A DNA stretch of 64,000 nucleotides, taken from NCBI GenBank assembly GCA_023229115.1, contig JALNZW010000002.1, positions 17,513 to 81,512 on the forward strand. The letters run 5' to 3'. Below the pieces are notes generated by a model. It did not search any database and had not been told where the DNA came from. It saw only the letters and a program-made list of their open reading frames with translations. Below, in pieces: positions 26,650 through 35,763 of the stretch. Source of the stretch: Patescibacteria group bacterium (lineage in GTDB: Bacteria > Patescibacteriota > Patescibacteriia > Patescibacteriales > UBA12465). Position 1 is the stretch's first letter, and each line of letters starts with the position of its first letter. A program made the position numbers and the translations under genes.

Positions 26650-28068
26650 TTATTTTTTCTCAATTTTCTTTTTAGACTCTTTTTTAGCTTCTTTTTTAAC
26701 AGGCTTTTTTTCTGTCTTAGCTTCTTTTTTAGGCTCAACCTCTTTCGTTTTTGCTTTTGTTTTTGTTTTCTTTTCTATCTTTTTTTCTGCTTTTACTTCT
26801 GTCTTTTCTTCTACATTTTCTTCTGCTGGCAAATTATTTTCTTGATCTTCCTCAATTTCTTTTACTATCTCTTCTGAACCATTGTCAATCTCTTCTTCTG
26901 AATTATATGGTAAAATATCTATTTTCCAACCAGTTAAACGAGCAGCTAGGCGAGCATTTTGACCAGCCTTACCAATAGCCAAAGAAAGTTTTTCAGGATC
27001 AACTTTAACTATGGCTCTCTTTAATTTTTCATCAGTTTTAATGCTTAAAATTTTAGCTGGAGCCAAAGCATTGGCAATATATTTGTTTGGATCTTCGTTG
27101 TATTCAACAATATCAATTTTTTCACCTCCAAGTTCATTAATTATAGTTTGAATTCTAACTCCCCTTTGACCAACACAAGAACCAACTGGATCAATATTTT
27201 CTGAATCAGTGTAAATAGCCACCTTTGATCTAGATCCAGCCTCTCTAGCAATACTTTTTATTTCAATTAAACCATTGGCCAACTCTGGAATTTCCATCAT
27301 AAAAATTTGACGGACAATCTCTTCTGATTTTCTAGATAAAACTATTTCAGCTCCTCTAACACCAGATCGAACTTCCTTAATATAAACTTTTATTCTTCCA
27401 CCAACATTATATCGCTCTCCATATATTTGTTCATCCATTGGTAAAATACCGATAGCCTTATCAAGATCAACAAAGACTAAACGACCCTCAACTCTCTGAA
27501 TAAGTCCATTAACAACACCACCCTCCTGATCTTTAAATTCATTAAAAATTGTTTCTTTTTCTATTTCTCTGATTTTTTGAACAATAACTTGCTTGGCTGT
27601 TTGAGCAGCCATACGCCCATAACCTTCTGGCTCTTCTAAGTCAAAAACAATTTCATCACCAATCTTAGCATCTTTTTTAATTAATAAAGCATCTTTTAAC
27701 TGAATTTCTGTTTTAGGATTAAATTTTCTTTCTTCTTCTCCAATTAAAGTTTCCTCTTCTTTATTTTCCATTAAATCGGCTCTTGGCTCTCTTTCTTTTC
27801 TGTTTATTTTTTGTTTTTTCAATTCTTCTATTTTTTGAAGCAAAGCTTCTTCTTCTTTTTCCGTCAAATCTTCAACCACAGTTTTAACATCAGAAATTTT
27901 TGATTGAGATGTCTCTGGGTTAAAAACAACTTTAATATTTTGCAGTTTATTACCGTAATCTTTACGATAAGCTGCGGCTAAAGCTGATTCGATAGCTGAA
28001 ACGACTAAATCATAATTGATTTTTTTTTCTTCACAAACCTGCTTAATAGCATTTATTAACTCCGACAT
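26650..28068 (-). CDS. nusA: transcription termination/antitermination factor NusA with Lys-rich C-terminal tail
   Basis: N-terminal, S1 and two KH domains (GSRSKVAIYT..DPVGSCVGQRGVRIQ..GKAGQNARLAARLTGWKIDI), then a tail of roughly 70 aa rich in K/E. Confidence 0.95.
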   Translation of the reverse strand: MSELINAIKQVCEEKKINYDLVVSAIESALAAAYRKDYGNKLQNIKVVFNPETSQSKISDVKTVVEDLTEKEEEALLQKIEELKKQKINRKEREPRADLMENKEEETLIGEEERKFNPKTEIQLKDALLIKKDAKIGDEIVFDLEEPEGYGRMAAQTAKQVIVQKIREIEKETIFNEFKDQEGGVVNGLIQRVEGRLVFVDLDKAIGILPMDEQIYGERYNVGGRIKVYIKEVRSGVRGAEIVLSRKSEEIVRQIFMMEIPELANGLIEIKSIAREAGSRSKVAIYTDSENIDPVGSCVGQRGVRIQTIINELGGEKIDIVEYNEDPNKYIANALAPAKILSIKTDEKLKRAIVKVDPEKLSLAIGKAGQNARLAARLTGWKIDILPYNSEEEIDNGSEEIVKEIEEDQENNLPAEENVEEKTEVKAEKKIEKKTKTKAKTKEVEPKKEAKTEKKPVKKEAKKESKKKIEKK

Positions 28069-28130
28069 ATTTTTGAATCTATTACTAAATTAATAAAATA
28101 GTAATAAAAAATTTATTAATACCTAAAATT

Positions 28131-28156
28131 AAAGCTAATTGATATCAATTAGCTTT
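28131..28156. terminator. perfect 26-bp palindrome (hairpin; probable terminator of the 142-aa gene, or an operator ahead of nusA)
   Basis: AAAGCTAATTGAT|ATCAATTAGCTTT with no spacer; weak T-rich tail on the minus strand. Confidence 0.45.
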
Positions 28157-28206
28157 ATAACTTCATTATAACAAAAATTTAAAAAAAGACAATACTTAAA
28201 CAGAAT

Positions 28207-28635
28207 TTATTCCCACTGATAATAACCAGCATTTCCATCTTCTATATATTTTTTATCTAATCTTCTTAAAACAAAAAGGGTGATAGACCAAGCAAAACTT
28301 ATTATAACCAAACCAATAATAGCATTTTTTAAAATAGCTTTAGAACTAGAAATAGAGTCTTCGTTGCCAGCCGAGGTCATCCATCTAAATCCAGCATAAA
28401 TCATTAAAATAACAGTAATAATACCCAATAAACCCAAAATAACGTTTATTATTTTAACAATTTGATATCTTATATCAGTTGGAGAACTTTTACTCTCTCC
28501 AAAAGCGGATTCTACCCCACCATCTAGTAAATCCTGTTGATCCCAAAGATTGGAAGCATGAGCGCCATTTGAGAAAGAAAATACTAACAATAAAGAAACA
28601 ATTAAAACATTTAAAAAATTTTTAGCTTTTTTCAT
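28207..28635 (-). CDS. small secreted 2-TM protein, VirB2/TrbC-like (T4SS-type pilin fold) candidate
   Basis: 142 aa: signal peptide (..FSNGAHA), then two TM helices separated by a short polar loop (ILGLLGIITVILMIYAGFRWMTSAGNEDSISSSKAILKNAIIGLVIISFAWSITLFV). Family assignment is from memory of the pattern, not from a search. Confidence 0.45.
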   Translation of the reverse strand: MKKAKNFLNVLIVSLLLVFSFSNGAHASNLWDQQDLLDGGVESAFGESKSSPTDIRYQIVKIINVILGLLGIITVILMIYAGFRWMTSAGNEDSISSSKAILKNAIIGLVIISFAWSITLFVLRRLDKKYIEDGNAGYYQWE

Positions 28636-28727
28636 AAAATTATGATAATATTTTTGTGAGCTCTTGGAGCACCAATTAATTTGATTATAATAATATTATA
28701 TATTATTTATTCTAAAAAAACAATAAA

Positions 28728-30170
28728 ATGGAATTAAAAAGAAAAATAGCCAAAAACACCTTAGTTCAAATAATCGGAAAAGTGCTTTCTACTATCTTGG
28801 GTATAATGTCTTTGGCGATAATGGCTAGATATTTAGGTACTAGTGGATTTGGAAAATACTCAACCATTATTACTTTTGTTTCTTTTTTTGCTATGTCAGC
28901 TGACTTGGGCCTAACTTTAATTAGTGCTCAAATAATAAGTCGCCCCGATGAAAACCAAAATAAAGCTTTAAGCAATTTATTTACTTTAAGACTAATATCA
29001 GCCCTAATTATTATTGGGCTAGCTCCCTTAAGTATTCTTTTTTTTCCTTATGCGCCTGAAATAAGAATGGGTGTTTTAATTTCAACTCTAATCTTTTTAT
29101 TTCCAGCCTTAAATCAAATTCCAACCGCTCTATTTCAAAAAAATCTAAAAATGGAAAAAGTGATGGCTTCAGAAGTTTTATCTAAAACCTTATTGGTTTT
29201 TCTTATTTTTTTAGCAGCTAAATTAGACAAGGGATTAAATGGAATGTTGTGGGCCTCTGTCTTTGGTTCTTTGTTTGGTTTTATGCTTCTCTGGTTCTAT
29301 AGTAAAAAAACATCTAAAATTACCCTAGAATTTGATTTTACTTTCTGGAAAAAAATAATTACAAAAAGTTGGCCACTGGCAATTACTATTATTTTGAATC
29401 TACTCTATCTTAAAGGTGATATTTTAATTTTATCTCTTTTTAAAAGCGAACAGGAAGTAGGAATATATGGAGCATCATATCGAGCCATTGAAGTTATTGG
29501 TACAATTCCCTATATGTTTGCTGGTATTATGCTTCCTATTTTTACCAAAAATTGGTTTTCCCAAAAAACTGATTTTTTAAAAAAACTCATGCAGAAATCT
29601 TTTGATTTTATGATTATTTTAGCCTTACCGCTAGCTATTGGCACTCAGTTTATAGCCACCAAAGTGATGACTGTAATAGCTGGACAAGATTTTAATGCTA
29701 GTGGAAGACCTTTACAAATATTAATATTATCAACTTCCATTTTATTTATTAGCTCTGTTTTTTCTCATATTATAATCGCTATCGAAAAACAAAAAAAAGT
29801 TATTGGACTCTATATTTTTACAGCTATCAGCTCTCTAATTCTTTACTTATTTTTAATTCCTAAGTATTCTTACCTAGGAGGAGCAATAGTTACTATCTAT
29901 AGCAATTTAGTAATTTTAATAGGAACTATCTGGGTAGTTAAAAAATATACAAATTTTCTGCCAAAAATACAAATATTATCTAAAACTTTTTTAGCGTCTT
30001 TAGGGATGGCTGCTTTGATGTTTTTAATTCCTCCTAGTTATTATCAAAACAATTTCTTGCTATTAATAAGTGTTTTTTTAGCAGCTATTTTTTATTTTTC
30101 TCTACTATACATTTTAGGCGGAATAAGTAAGGAAGATCTAAAAACATTTATGCCTCAAACAAAAAATTAA
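28728..30170 (+). CDS. polysaccharide/oligosaccharide flippase (Wzx/MOP superfamily)
   Basis: 480 aa, about 12-14 TMs, N-terminus KNTLVQIIGKVLSTILGIMSLAIMARYLGTSGFGKY typical of Polysacc_synt proteins. Confidence 0.8.
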   Translation: MELKRKIAKNTLVQIIGKVLSTILGIMSLAIMARYLGTSGFGKYSTIITFVSFFAMSADLGLTLISAQIISRPDENQNKALSNLFTLRLISALIIIGLAPLSILFFPYAPEIRMGVLISTLIFLFPALNQIPTALFQKNLKMEKVMASEVLSKTLLVFLIFLAAKLDKGLNGMLWASVFGSLFGFMLLWFYSKKTSKITLEFDFTFWKKIITKSWPLAITIILNLLYLKGDILILSLFKSEQEVGIYGASYRAIEVIGTIPYMFAGIMLPIFTKNWFSQKTDFLKKLMQKSFDFMIILALPLAIGTQFIATKVMTVIAGQDFNASGRPLQILILSTSILFISSVFSHIIIAIEKQKKVIGLYIFTAISSLILYLFLIPKYSYLGGAIVTIYSNLVILIGTIWVVKKYTNFLPKIQILSKTFLASLGMAALMFLIPPSYYQNNFLLLISVFLAAIFYFSLLYILGGISKEDLKTFMPQTKN

Positions 30171-30180
30171 TTTTAAAAAT

Positions 30181-31107
30181 ATGAATATTCAAATAATATC
30201 CGATCAAAAAGATTACCTAATAATAAATAAACCAGCTGGCTTAATTGCTCACGGTGGTAAGGGTATAAAAGAAAAAACACTAAGTGATTGGCTAATAGAA
30301 AATTATCCAGAAATTGCCAAAGTTGGCGATGACCCAGAAAGACCGGGCATAGTTCATCGCCTAGACAAAGAGGCTAGTGGTTTAATGCTTATACCAAAAA
30401 ATAATGAAGCTTTTGAATTTTTTAAAAATCAGTTTAAAAATAGAAAAATAAAAAAAGAATATCTAGCTTTAGTTTATGGAAAAATAGAAAAAGAATATGG
30501 AGTTATAGATTTTCCAATAAAAAGATCTTCTCAGGGGTTTAAAATGGCCGCCATCCCTTCTCCTAAAAATGAAAATGAATTAGAGCTACTAAGAAGTGGG
30601 AGAGGAGAATATGCTAATTATTTAGAAGAATACAATAAAATAAACCAAGAAGGTGAAACAAAAAACGAAGAAGAGGCAGAGATTAATAAAGAAAATAAAA
30701 CAGAAAAAGAAACAGAAGGGGCACAAGGTGATGTAGGAGAAAAAACAGAAGAAAAAAAAATGAACAATAGAGCTAGGGGCGGACTAAAAGCTCTGGAAAA
30801 ATCCAGACAAGCAATTACTGAATTTAAAGTTGTTAAAAAATTTATTAATTTTACTTTAGTTAGAGCTATAATTAAAACCGGCCGAACCCATCAAATTCGT
30901 GTTCATTTTTTTGCTTATGGTCATCCACTTTTGGGAGATAATTTATACAGTAATAAAAAATCAAAAATTAAAAATCAAAAAATAAAACCAGGGAGAATAT
31001 TTTTGATAGCTGACACTTTAGGCTTTAAGGATTTAAATGGAGATTGGCAAGAATTTAAAATTGAGATGGATGAAAATTTGGAAGGTATTTTGGATAGAAT
31101 TAAATAA
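30181..31107 (+). CDS. RluA-family pseudouridine synthase with a large internal insertion
   Basis: HRLDKEASGLMLI catalytic motif and GRTHQIRVH; an acidic/Lys-rich insert of roughly 90 aa lies between them. Confidence 0.85.
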   Translation: MNIQIISDQKDYLIINKPAGLIAHGGKGIKEKTLSDWLIENYPEIAKVGDDPERPGIVHRLDKEASGLMLIPKNNEAFEFFKNQFKNRKIKKEYLALVYGKIEKEYGVIDFPIKRSSQGFKMAAIPSPKNENELELLRSGRGEYANYLEEYNKINQEGETKNEEEAEINKENKTEKETEGAQGDVGEKTEEKKMNNRARGGLKALEKSRQAITEFKVVKKFINFTLVRAIIKTGRTHQIRVHFFAYGHPLLGDNLYSNKKSKIKNQKIKPGRIFLIADTLGFKDLNGDWQEFKIEMDENLEGILDRIK

Positions 31108-31126
31108 TTTTTAAAATAAGCTCAAA

Positions 31127-31156
31127 GAAAAAAAACCGCGAAAAGCGGTTTTTTTA
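31127..31156 (+). terminator. rho-independent terminator
   Basis: AAAAAACCGC-GAAAA-GCGGTTTTTTT. Confidence 0.8.
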
Positions 31157-31173
31157 TTTTATAAAACAATCTA

Positions 31174-31201
31174 TTAAAATCAGAAAATTAAAATCAGAAA
31201 A
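31174..31201. repeat. perfect 14-bp tandem duplication
   Basis: TTAAAATCAGAAAA x2, about 60 bp upstream of the LTD gene start. Confidence 0.9.
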
Positions 31202-31263
31202 TTTTAATAATTAATTATTTTTAGTTTAAGAAATTTTTATCTCTTATCTTTTATAATTATTCC

Positions 31264-32637
31264 ATGAAAAAAGTAATTATAAAAAAAATAATTTTATTAT
31301 TTTTAATTTTATTTCCTAAAATATCTTTAGCTCAAGACCTGCCAATTATTATTAATCAAGTTTTGATTGGTCAAAACGAAGAAGTAAAAAATGAATTTAT
31401 AGAATTATATAATCCCAACGACTCTCCATTAAACTTAGAAGGTTATAGCCTAAAAAAGAAAACTGCTGGCGGCACAGAATCCAATTTAGTTTCAACAAAA
31501 AATTTTCTAGGAATTATTCCGGCCAAAGGATTTTTTTTAATATCTAGCTTGGAATTTAAAGAAATAAAAGCAGATTTAAGTTATTCTAGCACCGCCTCTC
31601 TTTCCATTAATAATTCTCTTCTTTTATATAACCAAAATAAAGAAGTAATTGATAAAATTGGATGGGGAGGCTCTTCAGACTTTTATCAAAAACCAATAAT
31701 TAACCCCGAAAAAAATGAATCAATAAAAAGAATTAAATTTAATTATGACAAACCCAATAACGCCGAAGACTTTATAATAAATTCAGATTTAATTGAAATT
31801 AGAAATTCTAAAAATGAAATAATTACAATTAAAAATTATTTGGAAAATGCAGATAACATTGAAAAAGAAAGCACTAAAAAAGAAAATAATATTTATAAAC
31901 TAAAAATAAGTGAAATAAAAAAAGCAAAAAATAGAACAAAAATAAAAACCGAAGGAATAGTCATTAATCTTCCAGGAGAATTTGGCTCACAATATTTTTA
32001 CATTTTAGAAGAGACTGAAAATCAAAAAAATTATCTTGAGTGCATGCAAATATATAATTATTATAAAAAATTTCCCGATTTAAAAATTGGAGACAAAATA
32101 AAGGTCACGGGAGAACTGTCTATAAATGAGTCAGTAATTAAAATAAAAACAAAGGAAGCTCAAGATATAATAATATTGTCTTCTAATAATGATTGGCCAG
32201 AAATGAAAGAAACTCCAATATCATCTTTAAACGAATTACCAAATGATAGTTTGGTTAAAATCAAAGGAGAAATAAACCAAAACAGAGCTAACATGATCTA
32301 TATAGATGACGGAGAAAAAGAAATAATAATAGAAATTAAAAAAGGAACTAAAATTAATAAAAAAACATTAGAAGAAGGTAACTTTTATACAATCGAAGGA
32401 TTGTTAGTTAAAAAAGAAAATGAAATAGAAATATTACCACTTTCAGAAAAATCAATTAAAAATTTAAACCAAGTCGACAAAGAAAGTATTGGAGAAATAA
32501 TAAAAGAAAATCCTTTAGTACTTAAATCAGAAAAAAGGACAAAAGAAAAAATAATAATAAAATATTTTTTAATAACTACTGGCGGTATTGTTTTTTATTT
32601 TTTATTAGAGAAAAAAATAAAGAAATTTTTAAAATAA
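31264..32637 (+). CDS. surface protein: signal peptide + lamin-tail domain (LTD) + two OB-fold-like segments + C-terminal TM
   Basis: IINQVLIGQNEEVKNEFIELYNPNDSPLNLEGYSLKKK is an LTD signature. KTEGIVINLPGEFGSQYFYILEE and VKIKGEINQNRANMIYIDDG look like OB-fold nucleic-acid-binding modules. C-terminal TM IIKYFLITTGGIVFYFLL. Confidence 0.7.
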   Translation: MKKVIIKKIILLFLILFPKISLAQDLPIIINQVLIGQNEEVKNEFIELYNPNDSPLNLEGYSLKKKTAGGTESNLVSTKNFLGIIPAKGFFLISSLEFKEIKADLSYSSTASLSINNSLLLYNQNKEVIDKIGWGGSSDFYQKPIINPEKNESIKRIKFNYDKPNNAEDFIINSDLIEIRNSKNEIITIKNYLENADNIEKESTKKENNIYKLKISEIKKAKNRTKIKTEGIVINLPGEFGSQYFYILEETENQKNYLECMQIYNYYKKFPDLKIGDKIKVTGELSINESVIKIKTKEAQDIIILSSNNDWPEMKETPISSLNELPNDSLVKIKGEINQNRANMIYIDDGEKEIIIEIKKGTKINKKTLEEGNFYTIEGLLVKKENEIEILPLSEKSIKNLNQVDKESIGEIIKENPLVLKSEKRTKEKIIIKYFLITTGGIVFYFLLEKKIKKFLK

Positions 32638-32826
32638 AAAAAAGGAGCTAAGTTAGCCTCCCCATGTTTAATATTTTTTTATTGGTTTAAACCAAAAAAA
32701 TACATTTTTGTCAATATCTTGTTAAAAAACTCAATAATTGCTATTATTTATTTATATTTATCATTAATTTTTTAAATTTAATATAGTTTTTTGTTTTTAA
32801 ATTTCAAAACAAAAACTCCAAATTCT

Positions 32827-33297
32827 ATGGAAAAACACAAAGAGCATCATGAAAAACATGAAGAAAAAAAAGAAATTAAAACCGAAAAAATAAGTGAAGC
32901 AAAAAAACAACAACAAAAGACAGTTTTTGTAATTATTTCAGCTGTCGTTTTAGGTTTATTGGCTCTGTTAATTTTTAAATTCCCTCCAAAAGAGAAAGGA
33001 ATTTTAAGTATCGAAGAAGCCAAAACTAAAACAGAGACGTTTATTAACGAAAACTTAATGATGCCTGGAACCAAAGCAACTATTACTAACATCGAGGAAG
33101 AATATGGACTTTACAAAGTTTCAGTTGATGTTGGCTCTGGGGAGGTCATCGAATCATACATCGACAAAAAAGGAGTTCTTTTTTACCCTCAAGCACTTGA
33201 AATAGATAATTATGTTAACCCTTACTTGAGTGAAGAAACAATAAACATAGAAGACCTGGAAATGGCAAGTGGAAGTGAAGAAATTATAGTCGAATAA
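32827..33297 (+). CDS. membrane-anchored hypothetical protein (156 aa)
   Basis: Start moved to ATG 32827 (MEKHKEHHEKHEE..). One TM (VFVIISAVVLGLLALLIF), then a small extracytoplasmic domain. Confidence 0.6.
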   Translation: MEKHKEHHEKHEEKKEIKTEKISEAKKQQQKTVFVIISAVVLGLLALLIFKFPPKEKGILSIEEAKTKTETFINENLMMPGTKATITNIEEEYGLYKVSVDVGSGEVIESYIDKKGVLFYPQALEIDNYVNPYLSEETINIEDLEMASGSEEIIVE

Positions 33298-33310
33298 AAA
33301 TAAACAAACA

Positions 33311-33340
33311 AAAAACACCCTTAAAAGGGTGTTTTTTTTA
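33311..33340. terminator. bidirectional terminator
   Basis: AAAAACACCC-TTAAAA-GGGTGTTTTTTTT between convergent genes. Confidence 0.8.
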
Positions 33341-33357
33341 TTACCAAAACTTTAAAC

Positions 33358-34278
33358 TTATTTTTTTCTTTGTAAATAAGAAAAAATATCAAAAGCAGCC
33401 ACAGCACCCTCGCTACAAGCAGTAATAACTTGATTAAAATGATTAGAGTTAGTAGTTAAATCTCCAGCTGCCCAAAGACCTTCAATATTTGTTTTTTGCC
33501 CTTGATCAACTTTCAAAAAATTCCTCTTATTTTTCTCTACTCCCAATTGATCGGATAAAAAATTATCAGGATCAGTACCAATTTCGACAAACAAACCATC
33601 CAATATTAAAGAAGATAATTCTCCTTTTTTATCTAAATTAATCTCTGTTAACTTTGTTTCGCCTTTCAAATCTTTTACTTGAGTATTAAATAAAACTTCA
33701 ATTTTTTCATTTTTATTAACTTGATCAATCCAAGCAACCTCCCCATTAAATTTTTCTCCCCTAACCAACAAGTAAACTTTTTGAGCCACTTCGGCCAAAT
33801 ACAAAGCTGCCGTTAATGCGCTGTTTCCACCACCAACAACAGCCACAACCTTGTCTTTAAAGAACATAGCATCACAAGTGGCACAATAAGCCAAACCTTT
33901 TCCTAAATACTTATGTTCATTTTCTATATTTAAACTTCTATGCTTAGTTCCAGTGGCAAGCAAAATTGTTTTAGCTTGAAACGTTTTTTGACTTTCAGTT
34001 TCAAGCTCAAAAATTTCTCCTTCTTTTTTAATTTTAGCAATTCTTTCCATTGATAATATTTCAGCTCCTAAATGAACAGCATTGTTTTGCATTTTAGTCA
34101 TCAAATCAAAACCATTTATATCCATTTCAGTCGGAAAATTGCAAATACTATGAGCTTCAGTAATGAGACCCCCAGGTATTTCTCCAACAACCAAATGGTT
34201 CAACTTATAACGAGAAGCATAAATAGAAGCCGTTATGCCAGCCGGCCCAGCACCAATAATTATTAAGTCGTAAATCAT
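33358..34278 (-). CDS. trxB: thioredoxin-disulfide reductase
   Basis: YDLIIIGAGPAG FAD motif, redox-active CATCD, GGGNSA NADPH motif. Start set at ATG 34278; the track's GTG at 34314 is an alternative. Confidence 0.9.
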   Translation of the reverse strand: MIYDLIIIGAGPAGITASIYASRYKLNHLVVGEIPGGLITEAHSICNFPTEMDINGFDLMTKMQNNAVHLGAEILSMERIAKIKKEGEIFELETESQKTFQAKTILLATGTKHRSLNIENEHKYLGKGLAYCATCDAMFFKDKVVAVVGGGNSALTAALYLAEVAQKVYLLVRGEKFNGEVAWIDQVNKNEKIEVLFNTQVKDLKGETKLTEINLDKKGELSSLILDGLFVEIGTDPDNFLSDQLGVEKNKRNFLKVDQGQKTNIEGLWAAGDLTTNSNHFNQVITACSEGAVAAFDIFSYLQRKK

Positions 34279-34349
34279 ATAAAATATTTTAGTCCCGTCA
34301 TTCAAATAAATCACCTTCTAAATGATTCAATAAATCCAATTTACTTAAA

Positions 34350-34411
34350 CTAGATCCCAGCTTTCGTCGCGTAAACTCGCCTTGCTCGTACGCAACTCGC
34401 TGGGATGACAG
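34350..34411. repeat. palindromic repeat unit d with 37-nt loop insertion
   Basis: CTAGATCCCAGC-[37 nt]-GCTGGGATGACAG between gdh and trxB. Confidence 0.8.
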
Positions 34412-34425
34412 GGAAAGAGTATTAA

Positions 34426-35652
34426 TTACAAATTTCCTCTTAGTTTTTCGGCCTTAATTATTCTTTCTAAAGCAATAATATAAGCCGCTTTTCTAAGATC
34501 AATTTTTTTATCTAATTCTAAGTGTTTGTTATAAACGTTATGCCAAGATTTTATCATTCTTTCGTTTAGTAGTCCAGCTAAATAATTTTGATCTAAAATA
34601 TTACCAGTTCTATTTTGACTCCACTCGAAATAACTAACCAAAACACCACCAGCATTGGCCAAAATATCGGGTACAACAGTTATACCTTTGTCAAATAAAA
34701 CCTTATCAGCTTCATAGCTAATAGGGCCGTTGGCAATCTCAACCACCTGTTTAGCCTTAATTTTATCAGCATTATTTTCAGTAATCTGATTTTCCAAGGC
34801 ACTTAAAATCAAGATATCAACATCTAATTCTAAAAGTTCATCATTAGAGATGGCCTTGTAATCAGAAAAAGCGGATACAACCCCAAACTCTTCCTTGAAT
34901 TTTATCAATTCGTTAATATCGATTCCTTCTTCGTTATGAACTCCTCCTCGACTATCATTGGCAGCCACTATCTTAAAGCCATCAGCATAAAGCATCTTAG
35001 CAACATTAAGTCCGGCATTTCCGAAACCTTGGATGGCAACAGTTAATCCTTTTTCTGGAAGCCCTAAAGTTTTAACCATTTCCAAAATTACTAAATAAGC
35101 GCCCTTGGCAGTTGAATCACTTCGAAGGGCGATGCCACCTAGCTCAACTGGTTTACCAGTAATCATTCCTGGCTCATGGTGACCAATATTTTTTTCATAT
35201 TGATCAAGCATCCAAGACATAGTTTGAGGATTGGTATAAACATCGGGAGCTGGAATATCTTTATCTTGACCTAAAACTTTATAAAAAGAGTCTATATATT
35301 TACGAGAAACTTTTTCCAAAAATTTAGTATCATGTTCCTTGGGATTAAATTTAACCCCACCTTTAGCACCACCATAAGGAAGATCTAAAAGAGAATTTTT
35401 TAAACTCATCCAAAAAGCCAGAGACTTCACCTCGTCTTCACTAACCTCAGGATGAAATCTAATTCCACCCTTACCTGGACCTAAAGCACGATTAGAAATA
35501 ATTCTCCAGGCAGGAAATTTTTGACCATCAACTTCTAATTCAGCATGAGAAACTAATTTTGGTTCTAATAAATATTTAAGATCTTCATCTTTCAAATTTA
35601 TTACTTCCTTTAAATCTTCAAAACGTTTAATAACATTATCAAAAACAGACAT
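34426..35652 (-). CDS. gdhA: Glu/Leu/Phe/Val-family dehydrogenase (glutamate dehydrogenase-like)
   Basis: 408 aa; GPGKGGIRFHP..LPYGGAKGG catalytic region and GFGNAGL Rossmann motif. Confidence 0.9.
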   Translation of the reverse strand: MSVFDNVIKRFEDLKEVINLKDEDLKYLLEPKLVSHAELEVDGQKFPAWRIISNRALGPGKGGIRFHPEVSEDEVKSLAFWMSLKNSLLDLPYGGAKGGVKFNPKEHDTKFLEKVSRKYIDSFYKVLGQDKDIPAPDVYTNPQTMSWMLDQYEKNIGHHEPGMITGKPVELGGIALRSDSTAKGAYLVILEMVKTLGLPEKGLTVAIQGFGNAGLNVAKMLYADGFKIVAANDSRGGVHNEEGIDINELIKFKEEFGVVSAFSDYKAISNDELLELDVDILILSALENQITENNADKIKAKQVVEIANGPISYEADKVLFDKGITVVPDILANAGGVLVSYFEWSQNRTGNILDQNYLAGLLNERMIKSWHNVYNKHLELDKKIDLRKAAYIIALERIIKAEKLRGNL

Positions 35653-35763
35653 ATATTTATAAAGGATTATTAAGATTATTAGGAAATTTAAGATATTTAG
35701 GATAATTAAATCTAAGCTTTAAAAATCTTAATAATCTTAAAAATCATAAAAACCCTAAATATC

